From an uncultured Erysipelotrichaceae bacterium (GTDB taxonomy: Bacteria > Bacillota_I > Bacilli_A > RFN20 > CAG-826): a stretch of 64,000 bases of DNA. This document shows, in pieces, positions 50,012 to 59,432 of the stretch. The stretch is from positions 9,031 to 73,030 of the forward strand of contig CACYSA010000005.1 in the NCBI GenBank assembly GCA_902777015.1, in the 5' to 3' direction. The notes beneath the pieces are model-generated. The model worked only from the letters and a program-made list of their open reading frames with translations, ran no database searches and was not told the DNA's origin. The translations under genes were made by a program, and so were the position numbers. Position 1 is the stretch's first letter, and each line of letters starts with the position of its first letter.

Positions 50012-50434
50012 ATGGTTAACAGAGTAGTTTTAGCAGGTCGTTTAGTTAAAGACCCTGAACTAAGAAAAACCAATTCTGACATTAGTTTCGCTACATTCAC
50101 TTTAGCAGTGGATAATCGCGTCAAAGAAGCAGATGGCACAAGAGGAACACTCTTCATTGATTGCCGTGTCTTCAGAGACCAAGCGGAAAACTTAGTGAAA
50201 TTCACCAGAAAAGGTTCAATGATCGCAGTTGATGGCAGTCTCAATCAAAGAAACTTTACCCGTCAAGATGGCAGTAAAGGTAAATCAGTAGAAGTCGTGG
50301 TCGACTCAGTAACATTCTTAGAACCTAAGAAAGACGCTCCAGTCGAAACACCAAAATTCGATGATACACCAGCACCATCTAACGGTAACAATTTAGACTC
50401 AATTGATTTGCCAGATGACGATCTTCCATTTTAA
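50012..50434 (+). CDS. ssb: Single-stranded DNA-binding protein
   Basis: NRVVLAGRLVKDPELR; acidic tail DDDLPF. Confidence 0.96.
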   Translation: MVNRVVLAGRLVKDPELRKTNSDISFATFTLAVDNRVKEADGTRGTLFIDCRVFRDQAENLVKFTRKGSMIAVDGSLNQRNFTRQDGSKGKSVEVVVDSVTFLEPKKDAPVETPKFDDTPAPSNGNNLDSIDLPDDDLPF

Positions 50435-50452
50435 TTAAAGAAAGGGAAAATT

Positions 50453-50680
50453 ATGGCATTTAGAAAAGTTAGACCACATAAAAAAGTATGTATCTTCTGC
50501 AAGAACAAATCTAAATTCATTGACTACAAAGACGTCGAACTCTTAAAGACAATGATTACCCCAAACGGTAAGATTTCCGCCAGAAGAGCAACAGGCACAT
50601 GCGCTAAGCACCAAAGAGAATTAGCCAAAGCTATTAAAAACGCTAGATTCATGGCTCTTCTCCCATACGTTGCTGACTAA
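50453..50680 (+). CDS. rpsR: 30S ribosomal protein S18 (zinc-binding type)
   Basis: [29 protein letters not shown]. Confidence 0.96.
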   Translation: MAFRKVRPHKKVCIFCKNKSKFIDYKDVELLKTMITPNGKISARRATGTCAKHQRELAKAIKNARFMALLPYVAD

Positions 50681-50704
50681 TTAAGTCAAATACTTATTGA
50701 AAAC

Positions 50705-50730
50705 AAGTCGTCCATAACGGGCGACTTTTT
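50705..50730 (+). terminator. Intrinsic terminator after rpsR
   Basis: AAGTCGTCC-ATAAC-GGGCGACTT plus T run. Confidence 0.75.
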
Positions 50731-50731
50731 G

Positions 50732-50749
50732 TGTGGCACATTTGTGACA
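50732..50749 (+). promoter_or_regulatory. TGTGGCA-N4-TGTGACA operator, copy 1
   Basis: Recurs at 51233, 51608 and (minus strand) 59804-59821, each 9-10 nt before a -10-like hexamer. Confidence 0.7.
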
Positions 50750-50790
50750 TTCATAATGCTATTATCAAATTAACAAGGGAGACTTTGAAT

Positions 50791-51051
50791 ATGAAAGAAG
50801 AATTATTGAAAGGCTTAACTAAAGAACAAATAGCTAAAGCGCAAGCATGTAAGAATACACAAGAACTTTTGGCGTTAGCAAAGCAAGAAGGTATTGAATT
50901 AACCGATGAGCAGCTTGCCGCTATTTCTGGTGGATGTAATGCAACAGTTACAGTTCAAGAATGTCCTTACTGTGGTTGTACTTGGGTTGCATTTGTATCT
51001 AAGAAACGATATAAGTGTTTAGCTTGTAATAGAAAATTTGATAGAAATTAA
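50791..51051 (+). CDS. Nif11-like leader, double-glycine peptide with CxxC...CxxC core (copy 1)
   Basis: ELLALAKQEGIELTDEQLAAISGG then CPYC...CLAC; AAGGGAG RBS; start set at 50791. Confidence 0.8.
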   Translation: MKEELLKGLTKEQIAKAQACKNTQELLALAKQEGIELTDEQLAAISGGCNATVTVQECPYCGCTWVAFVSKKRYKCLACNRKFDRN

Positions 51052-51232
51052 TTTTAAAAAAATATAGAAAAGTTGGTAGTCCGCTATCAACTTTTTTGTT
51101 TTTTTGATGTTTAAATGATAAGTCAGTAAAAAAGAAGGCACTATTATGTTTATCCGTTTTAAATTTAGTAAATGGGAAAAGAAAGTTATCATCAAGAATA
51201 ATAATCTAATAAGAGAATAATCAATCTTTATA

Positions 51233-51250
51233 TGTGGCACTTCTGTGGCA
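51233..51250 (+). promoter_or_regulatory. TGTGGCA-N4-TGTGGCA operator, copy 2
   Basis: Same motif and spacing upstream of peptide copy 2. Confidence 0.7.
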
Positions 51251-51292
51251 GGGTCTATGTTAATGTGAAAATAGCAAAGGAGAACTTTGATA

Positions 51293-51519
51293 ATGAATAA
51301 AGAATTATTGAAAGGATTAACTAAAGAACAGATCGCTAAAGTTAAACAATGTAAAAATCACGAAGAATTATTAGCGTTATCACCTGCAGCGTTGTTTCAG
51401 ATATCGGAGATTATATCAATCCATATGATTGTCCAAGATGCGGTAGTAATAATATTAAAGACAAAGGTACCTATTATATCTGCCAAAGCTGTGGTTACAA
51501 AATCGAAAATTACGATTAA
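51293..51519 (+). pseudogene. Nif11-like peptide copy 2 with internal deletion/frameshift
   Basis: Leader MNKELLKGLTKEQIAKVKQCKNHEELLAL lacks AKEEG...SGG; the core TCSVVS...CPRCGSNN...ICQSCGYKIENYD* is in another frame ending at 51519. Confidence 0.75.
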
Positions 51520-51607
51520 ACAAACGTGTATAATCGAGTGCTAACTCGGTTTTTTATTAATCTTAAATTGGGATAATTAAGTCGCTCATCATGGGCGACT
51601 TTTTGCT

Positions 51608-51625
51608 TGTGGCACTTCTGTGACA
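51608..51625 (+). promoter_or_regulatory. TGTGGCA-N4-TGTGACA operator, copy 3
   Basis: Followed after 10 nt by TACAAT, with an extended TG in front; preceded by a terminator similar to 50705-50730. Confidence 0.7.
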
Positions 51626-51669
51626 AATGCTTTGATACAATGAAATCAACGACAAAGGAGAATCTTATA

Positions 51670-51948
51670 ATGAAAGAAGAATTATTGAAAGATTTAACCA
51701 AGGAACAAATTGAAAAAGTCAAAGCCTGTAAAGATCAAAATGAATTATTAGCCCTCGCTAAAGAAGAAGGCATTCAATTAACTGATGAACAATTAGAAGC
51801 CGTTAATGGTGGATGGTGTAGTGAAACAACTGAACCATGTCCAAAATGTGGTTCCACAAGTATCTACAAGGAACATCGCGGCAATGATGTCCATATGCAT
51901 ACAGTCTTCATCTGCAAGAAATGTGGCAATGAGTGGAATCCTGATTAA
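51670..51948 (+). CDS. Nif11-like leader, double-glycine peptide with CxxC...CxxC core (copy 3)
   Basis: ELLALAKEEGIQLTDEQLEAVNGG then CPKC...CKKC; AAGGAG RBS; start 51670. Confidence 0.8.
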   Translation: MKEELLKDLTKEQIEKVKACKDQNELLALAKEEGIQLTDEQLEAVNGGWCSETTEPCPKCGSTSIYKEHRGNDVHMHTVFICKKCGNEWNPD

Positions 51949-52109
51949 TTATATAAAGGATAATTTACAACAATAAGCCGTCTATAAAGGCGGCTTTTTA
52001 TAGAGAAATCTTCCGTTATTTAAAGCCAAAAAATTATAAAAAAACATAATATCCAACTTTTGATAATATTTTTAGAAAAATTCTTGTGTTATTATTAAAT
52101 AATAAAACT

Positions 52110-52709
52110 ATGAAAAAGAGAATCGCTAGAATCGCTATTTTATCCACGCTAGTTATTGTTGGTATATTAGGTATCATTTTTACCACTTTATCAAATAGTT
52201 TTATGGGTGGCTTATCAGTATTCTTATTCTTTACTGTGCAAAGCAATATATTCATTATCATTATGGCGATAATTACCATTGCTAATGAAATATATAAATT
52301 AGTTAAACATCAATCGTTCATGAATCAAATACTTCATTATTTTAAATTCGTGGCGACGATTGCAATTACTATCACCTTCTTAGTATTTTTCACCATGCTA
52401 GCCCCTTTAATGGGTATGGATTATCTATTGTCATTCAATAATTTCTCATTACATGCGATAGTGCCTATTCTTGCTATTGTTGATTTCTTTTTATTCGATA
52501 CGGGTATCAATATTACTTATCCAAGATCATTAACGGGTGCCGCTATGCCGTTATATTATGTGACCTTTGTTTATATTGGTGTTCCACTTAATTTCCAATA
52601 TGGTCCTGATCTTAAATTCCCATATTTCTTTTTAGATTATGAGAAGAACGGTTTCTTATTTGAAAAAGGATTTGGCATTATCTTATGGATTATAGTTTTA
52701 TTAATATGA
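52110..52709 (+). CDS. Pr6Pr/FAR-17a-like integral membrane protein, possibly 3'-truncated
   Basis: FFTVQSNI, ITITFLVF, LHAIVPIL, FPYFFLD; ends mid-helix at an ATGA overlap with the next gene. Confidence 0.7.
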   Translation: MKKRIARIAILSTLVIVGILGIIFTTLSNSFMGGLSVFLFFTVQSNIFIIIMAIITIANEIYKLVKHQSFMNQILHYFKFVATIAITITFLVFFTMLAPLMGMDYLLSFNNFSLHAIVPILAIVDFFLFDTGINITYPRSLTGAAMPLYYVTFVYIGVPLNFQYGPDLKFPYFFLDYEKNGFLFEKGFGIILWIIVLLI

Positions 52710-53266
52710 AGAAATGTCATATTATCGCTACCGCTTTATTAGCAAGCAGCTTATTAATCAGTGGCTGTACACAAAAAGAAAAATCAATAGATGCCAGTAG
52801 TGCGAATGTTCCTGAATCATCAGAAAAAGTAGAACTACCATCATATTTAACGTTCTTAAAAGATAATCAAATTAGATTTGATATCATGAATGATGATTTA
52901 GGTCTTACCTTTAAGTATCAAGATAAAGATCTCACTAATGGTACATTATTAAATATTGTCGAAGGCGAATTAACTTCAAGTGGCGAAGCCACAAAAGAAA
53001 AACTCAACTTCATCATGGTTTGTCAAAAGAAACCATCTGGCGATTCTGTTGGTGAAACAAATCTCCATGTCGCTAAAGGTTTAAGAGTTAGTGCTTTGGA
53101 AAGCTATTTAGAGAAATTTGGTAGAAACTATATCAATCCATATGTTGGTGGTAAAGTTTATATCGCTATTTCTGATGGTACAGATAATCCTAAATGGACA
53201 ACTGGCCTAAGCGAAAAAATGGATGAAGCTATTAGATTTGAAATAAATAGAAATATTACAATTTAA
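52706..53266 (+). CDS. Lipoprotein of unknown function
   Basis: MKKCHIIATALLASSLLISGC lipobox; start set at 52706. Confidence 0.7.
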   Translation: MKKCHIIATALLASSLLISGCTQKEKSIDASSANVPESSEKVELPSYLTFLKDNQIRFDIMNDDLGLTFKYQDKDLTNGTLLNIVEGELTSSGEATKEKLNFIMVCQKKPSGDSVGETNLHVAKGLRVSALESYLEKFGRNYINPYVGGKVYIAISDGTDNPKWTTGLSEKMDEAIRFEINRNITI

Positions 53267-53326
53267 TCCATTAACATTTGAAAAATTGTCTCCATTCGTG
53301 GAGACTTTTTGTTATAATCTTTAAGC

Positions 53327-53995
53327 ATGAAAAAGAAAAGCAAGATTATCTTATTCTCAATACTAGGATTTATACTAACTATCGGATTAGTGGTTACCAT
53401 ACCTTTTATGGTTTTAGATATCAAAACAGGTAACATGTCCACTGGTTATGCATATCTAAAAGAAGATGATACATATAAAGAAAAAGTAGAAATTACTGGA
53501 CTTGAATTAGTGACACAACATGTTTCATGTGGTTACGCATCTATTGAAATGATATCTAAATATTATAATTCTCCAGTGACGGAAGACGATTTAGATAGTA
53601 GAAATAGTGCAATATCGACCGCCTCCACTGATGGATTTATTAAAGAGATAAATAAATCAATTCCTTCTAAAAAGTTCGTTAAAAGAACTTATTTGGCATA
53701 CGATCAATTATTAAAAGAAATACATGGTTCGATAAAAAAGAAAAATCCTGTTACTATTGAATGGGCGGCTAAATATGAAGATGAATGGACATTACATTTC
53801 TCAGTCGTTAGTGGTTTAGATTTACCAAATGATAATGTCACTGTTTATAATCCATATGGATACATAGAAAACATTACTATTAATGACTTCTTAAATAGAA
53901 CAACATTTAAAGCATATAAAAACATGCCTCTATTCTTAGATTTTGGCTTTGCTTTTGGAGCGTTCCATAAAAACACAATCTTCTACGCAAAATAG
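53327..53995 (+). CDS. Membrane-anchored papain-like cysteine peptidase (C39-like)
   Basis: N-terminal TM; Q-x3-C (TQHVSCGYAS), LHFSVVSG, VYNP triad pattern. Confidence 0.75.
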   Translation: MKKKSKIILFSILGFILTIGLVVTIPFMVLDIKTGNMSTGYAYLKEDDTYKEKVEITGLELVTQHVSCGYASIEMISKYYNSPVTEDDLDSRNSAISTASTDGFIKEINKSIPSKKFVKRTYLAYDQLLKEIHGSIKKKNPVTIEWAAKYEDEWTLHFSVVSGLDLPNDNVTVYNPYGYIENITINDFLNRTTFKAYKNMPLFLDFGFAFGAFHKNTIFYAK

Positions 53996-54037
53996 AATCA
54001 AAGCCACCTGCTTAATTGAGGTGGCTATTTTGTTTTT

Positions 54038-54764
54038 ATCGAACAACGTTTTAATCGTTGGGCGTAAATAAAACCGCCTCCTCTGGGGGCGAGAAATGAA
54101 TAAGCGGAAGCGTTCGATAACAAATAAAAACTCCTTTGGTATAATGAGACATGTTCAGTTGCCTTGTCATAGAAAGGAGTTTTTATTATGTCACATAAAA
54201 ATGATGACGAAAGTAGTCTATCACATACTAGGTGGAATTGTCAGTATCACATAGTCTTTACCCCTAAATATCGCAGAAAAGCGATATATGCAAAACTAAG
54301 AAGTGATATCGGTAAATATATCAGAAGATTATGTGCCTATAAAGGAGTGGAAATCGTTGAAGCTCACGCGATGCCTGATCACATTCACATGCTCGTCAAG
54401 ATTCCACCTAAGATAAGTGTGTCATCTTTCATGGGATATCTCAAAGGAAAAAGCAGTCTTGTTATATTTGACGAGCATGCAAATCTTAAATACAACTATG
54501 GAAGCAGACACTTCTGGTCAGAAGGTTACTATGTTTCGACCGTCGGTCTAAACAAGAAAACAATACAGAATTACATTAGGAATCAAGAATTAGAAGACCA
54601 ACTTCTAGATAAGAAATCATTAAAAGAATACAAAGATCCGTTTACGGATAAGTAAGGGTGACAAAGGCAACTGGGCAAACTAAAGAGCAGCATGATTGCT
54701 GCTGCCAGTAACCTGTCTTGGAGACAGGAGAGAAAAACCGCGCCTTGTAAGACGCGGATTGTTA
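54038..54764 (+). mobile_element. IS200/IS605-family element, tnpA only (boundaries approximate)
   Basis: tnpA flanked by terminal hairpins (e.g. CCGCG...CGCGG 54738-54757); RBS-sequestering stem 54123-54137/54173-54187; CAGTTGCCTTGTCA / TGACAAAGGCAACTG inverted pair around the ORF. Confidence 0.8.
54188..54655 (+). CDS. tnpA: IS200-family Y1 (HUH) transposase
   Basis: SLSHTRWNCQYHIVFTPKYRRK, DHIHML, LKGKSS, FWSEGYYVSTVG, YIRNQ. Confidence 0.96.
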   Translation: MSHKNDDESSLSHTRWNCQYHIVFTPKYRRKAIYAKLRSDIGKYIRRLCAYKGVEIVEAHAMPDHIHMLVKIPPKISVSSFMGYLKGKSSLVIFDEHANLKYNYGSRHFWSEGYYVSTVGLNKKTIQNYIRNQELEDQLLDKKSLKEYKDPFTDK

Positions 54765-56438
54765 TTATTTGATGATTCTTTCCGCTACAAGAGTGGAGAT
54801 GCTACTGAATACGGCATTTATCGCTGCATTAGTCTTTTCTAATAAAGACATATTCTCTTCGATATCAGCGTAGCCAGGATTAATCATATATTTAACGATT
54901 GGGAATAATATTTCTCTTTGTGCTTTTAAGATATCCTCTTCAATCTTGATATCATCTTTTTTGAAAGTAATAGTTTTTCTATTTTTGATATCATATTTAT
55001 CCCATTGAATATCTGGTAAAGATGGATTACCGGTTTTAGCAAATTCCACCCACATATTAGATACCGTCCTCGCTAATTCTTCATCTGCTTTTTCACCAGT
55101 ATAGATAGTTTCATCGATATTATAGAAGACATAGGCTAATTCAACTGCGTGGCAAGCTTTATATAATGGAATCTTAGATTCTTCTTTCCAATAATACATA
55201 TAAACATTGCCGTTATTTTCCGAATGGCCTTCTGCTTGTAATATTGCTGGCAAACGGAACATGATTTCATTATAGAATTCTGTAATACGTGCAATCTTAT
55301 TACCTTTCGCTATGCGCATAAAGTCTTTAATGAATTTTTTATCTTCTTTATTAACTTTAGATATATCGGCTTTATATTTAACAGGCATACCCGCACTATA
55401 GTTAAATAAGCCACCTAATTCACCAATCCAATAATATAATTCATTAGCGTTGGTTCCTAAGATCATATCGATATCTTTTGTCTTACCTTCTAAATATGGC
55501 TCATATGGGTCAATAGGGATTAATTTACCATCCCTCATAGGGAAATTATTAGCCTCATTTAAACCTTCGTTTATTTTGGCTAATTCCTCAGTGGTTAATT
55601 TCATTAATTCATCCATTGAATCTTTGCCACTGGCTTTAATAAGTTTATCGGTAAAAGCTTTGCATTCATCTTTGGCGTAAGTTAACGCTAAAGAGCCACT
55701 TTCAGCGATGACACGGTGGAATAATCCTTTAGCCTCATCGATTAAAGGTAAGATAGAAACAGATCCACCTCCTGCGGATTCACCAAATATTGTGACATTA
55801 TTAATATCGCCACCAAAGGCTTCACCGTTTTTTTGAATCCAACGTAATGCTTCTATTTGGTCATAGATACCTAAATTAGGAGCGTCTTCAAATTGTTCTC
55901 CACCTTTTAGATAACTTAAATCAACAAAGCCAAATAAACCAACACGATAAGCAATGGTAATTAAGATGACTTCTGGATGAAGTTTGATAAAGTTAAATCC
56001 ATCATAAAGAGGATCAACTGTGCCACCCCAACCATAAGCACCGCCATGGATAAAGACCATGATAGGTTTATTCGTGTCCTTACAAGCATCATTTACCCAA
56101 ACATTTAAATAAAGACAATCTTCGCTTTGTGGGTAATATGATGAACGTTCAGAATCAATGACAGTTTGAATAGGGGACTTACCATTATAATAAGCCTCAT
56201 AAATATCATCACCATCTGGAATAGGCACAGGCTTCTTCCATCTTCTTTCTCCAATTGGAGGTAAAGCGAAAGGAATGCCTTTAAAAATACGTACCATGTC
56301 CATTACTTTAGGAACAAAGACACCGTTATTGCATCCAACAGAATGCTCTTCGTCTGGGTTGTAATTTAACTTTTTATTTTCGCCAAATAAGGCATTAATC
56401 CTTTTCTTTTCTAATGCTGTTTTATTATTTTTACTCAC
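54765..56438 (-). CDS. Type-B carboxylesterase (alpha/beta hydrolase)
   Basis: FKGIPFA, SEDCLYLNVW, FIHGGAY, FGESAGG, CHAVEL; GTG start overlapping the NRPS stop. Confidence 0.9.
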   Translation of the reverse strand: MSKNNKTALEKKRINALFGENKKLNYNPDEEHSVGCNNGVFVPKVMDMVRIFKGIPFALPPIGERRWKKPVPIPDGDDIYEAYYNGKSPIQTVIDSERSSYYPQSEDCLYLNVWVNDACKDTNKPIMVFIHGGAYGWGGTVDPLYDGFNFIKLHPEVILITIAYRVGLFGFVDLSYLKGGEQFEDAPNLGIYDQIEALRWIQKNGEAFGGDINNVTIFGESAGGGSVSILPLIDEAKGLFHRVIAESGSLALTYAKDECKAFTDKLIKASGKDSMDELMKLTTEELAKINEGLNEANNFPMRDGKLIPIDPYEPYLEGKTKDIDMILGTNANELYYWIGELGGLFNYSAGMPVKYKADISKVNKEDKKFIKDFMRIAKGNKIARITEFYNEIMFRLPAILQAEGHSENNGNVYMYYWKEESKIPLYKACHAVELAYVFYNIDETIYTGEKADEELARTVSNMWVEFAKTGNPSLPDIQWDKYDIKNRKTITFKKDDIKIEEDILKAQREILFPIVKYMINPGYADIEENMSLLEKTNAAINAVFSSISTLVAERIIK

Positions 56439-59422
56439 TATTTTTTCCTTTTGAAAATACTGATAATCTTGCTGAAGAAGTTGCTCTTATCGGATAATTT
56501 CTTCTTAAGATCAGCGACAGTAACGTCTTTTTGTGAATTATGTGTCACTAATGCTTGCGCGGTCATGACGAATAAGTCACGGAATTTTTCCATGCTTTCT
56601 TGATTGTATCTACTAGCAGCGTAGTCAATCATTAAGACTAAACCTTCTTTACCATCTAAGATTTCCATATCTAAGATAGTTTGAGAAGCCGCTTGATTTT
56701 GACGAATATCAATCGTTTCAATATTCATACCATCTGCCCCGCCCATATCACGGATATCTTGTTGATAGAGTAAATAGGCAGATTCAGTACCAACGTGGTT
56801 GTTTTTATCAACATAAGCATAACAGCTATGTTCGATACCACCTTGGACTTGGTTATGGATATCGGCAAAGATATCACGAATTGTATCTTTATCATGTAAA
56901 CGGACACCAACTGGTAAATCACGGAATAATAAACCAACTGTTGACATCATTTCCATATCTTCACGGCCGTTATAAATCCAAGAAATCTTAATGTCATTCT
57001 TCTTGTTATAGATAGCAATTGCTAATGTTGCAACAGCAATAAAGAATTCATTACGGCTAATGCGGTATTGTCTTTCCATCGCTGACATTTGGGCTTGTTC
57101 GATGCCTAATGGGACGAATAATTCACCTAATTCGTTTTCACGAGATTGATGGTTGATGGTTGGATAACTGGACCATTCAACACCGTCATATAAATCTTCG
57201 AAATATTTCTTAGATTCTTCATAGAAGGCAGTTTTTTCTGCTTCTTCTCTCTTTGCTAACATCAAATAATAGAAGTCTGGATCTGGCATCATGCCCATAT
57301 AGGCTTTACCAATATTACCCATGAAGACTTTTAATGATGTACCATCAAAGACAGTGTGATGGACATCGAAGAAGACATAACCGGATTTTTCTGTTTCAAA
57401 AACACGGCAGCGGTATAATCTACCTTCGATAATCTTAAATGGCATGACTAAGTTATCTTTTAATAATTCAAATTCAAATTCGCTAAGTTTCTCAACTTTA
57501 ATATCTTCAATGATATCTGGAGTGTAGCGTTGAACGATGTCGCCATCTTCATTGAAATGGAAAGTTGTTAATAAGGCTGGATGATTCTTAATAACAGTCT
57601 TCATCGTTGCAGCGAGTTTTTCCATATCAAACATTTCCTTATCCACTTTTAACATGGAGAATAAGTTATACATTGTGGATTTAGGAGTATAGAGTTGATA
57701 GTCAACCATGTATAGTTGTTCAACAGTTAATGGATGATCAACTTTCATGCTAGCGGCGTTCTTCATTTCAGGAGATTCCCCGTCATCACTAGCTTGTTTT
57801 TCTTCGTATAATTTCGCAATCTTTTCAGGAGTACGACCACGGAAGATTTCACTTGCGGTCAATCCTGGAAGTTCAGCGTTAACAATCACTTGAATAGAAC
57901 CAAGTGAGTCTCCACCTAATTCATAGAAGTCATCGTGGATACCAATTTTATCCGCTTTTAATACAACTTCCATCGCGTGACAAATCTTTTCTTCTGTCTC
58001 ATTTGTAGGAGCAGCGTATTCTGTTTTGAAATCGCTAGCGTCTGGCTTTGGTAAAGCTTTTCTATCAAATTTGCCGTTCGCCTTTAATGGGACAGAATCA
58101 ATCTTCATGAAGAAGGCAGGAATCATGTAGTATGGAAGTCTCTTCATTAATTCTTGTCTAATTTCATTTGGATCGAATGAGATATCTTCTAAATAATAAG
58201 CGCATAAATAGCTCTTTCCGTTTTCTTCAAAACCTCTAGCAGCGGCCCATTTAACTTTTAAAGCAGCTTTAACCGCGGCTTCAATTTCCGCTGGTTCAAT
58301 ACGGTTACCATTAATCTTAATCATGTCGCCCGAACGGCCTAATAAGACATAGTTACCTTTTTCATCTTTTCTCGCTAAGTCACCAGAGTGGTAGAAGCCA
58401 TTAGTGAAGGCTTTCTTACTTTCTTCTGGAAGATTGATATAGCCTCTAACATATGGATTTTCAAAGCATAATTCACCAATTTCGCCTTCTTTTGCTTCGT
58501 TACCATCTTCATCAAATAATTTGATTTGGGTGGCGACTTCTGGTTTACCGATTGGGCATGTTTCGTATGATTTATCAATTAAGAAAACACCAACAGCGAA
58601 ACCACTTTCACTACAGGCGTAAATATTAATTAATTCAAGGTTTTTATTATAGACGTTATTAGCAGGTTCACTACCAACGAAGAGCATTCTGAGGAATGGA
58701 CCAGTGGTGTTACCTAACATTCTGACATATGAAGGTGTTAAGAATGTAATAGAAATTCTCTTTTCAAAGAAGAACATCTTTAACGCCATTGGGTTCTTGA
58801 TAGTGGCGTAACCAACAACAAATGTCTTACCATTATGAACGCTTAAAGCTTTCAAAATAACGATAACAGAGGCCACGAAATTAAGTGGGGCTAATAAGGC
58901 TAAACGGTCTTTACCATTAAATGGCGTTTCACCGTTAACTTTAATAGATTCAATAGCTCTTTCTAAATTGCCATATTCGTGTAAAACACCCTTTGGATTA
59001 CCAGTAGTGCCAGAAGTATAAATAGCATAAGCGGCATCGTGCATATCAACTTTTACATAGCCTTGAATAGGATCAATCTTCATGATTTCTTCCCATTTAG
59101 AGGCGTTGATTTCAATCTTACAGCCACAGTCTTGACGGATATAAGCAATACGTTCTGGGGCGTATGTGTCTTCTACTAGTGCCCAAGCAGCGCCAGCTTT
59201 CCAAACGCCAATCATGGTAATAATTGGCATGACACCACGTGGAAGATTAATGAGGACAAAGTCTTCTTTGCCGATATTATTCTGTTTTAAGTACGCATAA
59301 ATACGACCTGATAAGTCGTCTAACTGCGCATAAGTAATGCCTTTATTGTGTGCTTCATCAAATAAAATGGCATTATTTGGCGTTTTCGCAGTAAAAGCTG
59401 CGAGTTGTTCAATGATGTACAT
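56438..59422 (-). CDS. Single-module NRPS-like protein (A-T-C)
   Basis: YTSGTTGNPKG, FYHSGDL, KINGNRIE, ANGKFDRKAL; carrier DFYELGGDSL; condensation HHTVFDG. Start set at ATG 59422 after GGAGG. Confidence 0.9.
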   Translation of the reverse strand: MYIIEQLAAFTAKTPNNAILFDEAHNKGITYAQLDDLSGRIYAYLKQNNIGKEDFVLINLPRGVMPIITMIGVWKAGAAWALVEDTYAPERIAYIRQDCGCKIEINASKWEEIMKIDPIQGYVKVDMHDAAYAIYTSGTTGNPKGVLHEYGNLERAIESIKVNGETPFNGKDRLALLAPLNFVASVIVILKALSVHNGKTFVVGYATIKNPMALKMFFFEKRISITFLTPSYVRMLGNTTGPFLRMLFVGSEPANNVYNKNLELINIYACSESGFAVGVFLIDKSYETCPIGKPEVATQIKLFDEDGNEAKEGEIGELCFENPYVRGYINLPEESKKAFTNGFYHSGDLARKDEKGNYVLLGRSGDMIKINGNRIEPAEIEAAVKAALKVKWAAARGFEENGKSYLCAYYLEDISFDPNEIRQELMKRLPYYMIPAFFMKIDSVPLKANGKFDRKALPKPDASDFKTEYAAPTNETEEKICHAMEVVLKADKIGIHDDFYELGGDSLGSIQVIVNAELPGLTASEIFRGRTPEKIAKLYEEKQASDDGESPEMKNAASMKVDHPLTVEQLYMVDYQLYTPKSTMYNLFSMLKVDKEMFDMEKLAATMKTVIKNHPALLTTFHFNEDGDIVQRYTPDIIEDIKVEKLSEFEFELLKDNLVMPFKIIEGRLYRCRVFETEKSGYVFFDVHHTVFDGTSLKVFMGNIGKAYMGMMPDPDFYYLMLAKREEAEKTAFYEESKKYFEDLYDGVEWSSYPTINHQSRENELGELFVPLGIEQAQMSAMERQYRISRNEFFIAVATLAIAIYNKKNDIKISWIYNGREDMEMMSTVGLLFRDLPVGVRLHDKDTIRDIFADIHNQVQGGIEHSCYAYVDKNNHVGTESAYLLYQQDIRDMGGADGMNIETIDIRQNQAASQTILDMEILDGKEGLVLMIDYAASRYNQESMEKFRDLFVMTAQALVTHNSQKDVTVADLKKKLSDKSNFFSKIISIFKRKK

Positions 59423-59432
59423 GAGTGACCTC

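Noticed and set aside
51287-51544. 85-aa ORF as an intact gene
   Set aside because: C-terminal half is out-of-frame read-through; the true Cys core is in another frame.
50732-51625. Sigma-54 promoters (TGGCAC)
   Set aside because: Only copy 2 has GG-N10-GC; the others lack the -12 GC, and all have sigma70-type -10 boxes at fixed spacing.
54656-54764. tnpB/omega-RNA associated with the IS200/IS605 element
   Set aside because: Only ~110 nt between tnpA and the convergent esterase; no tnpB ORF.
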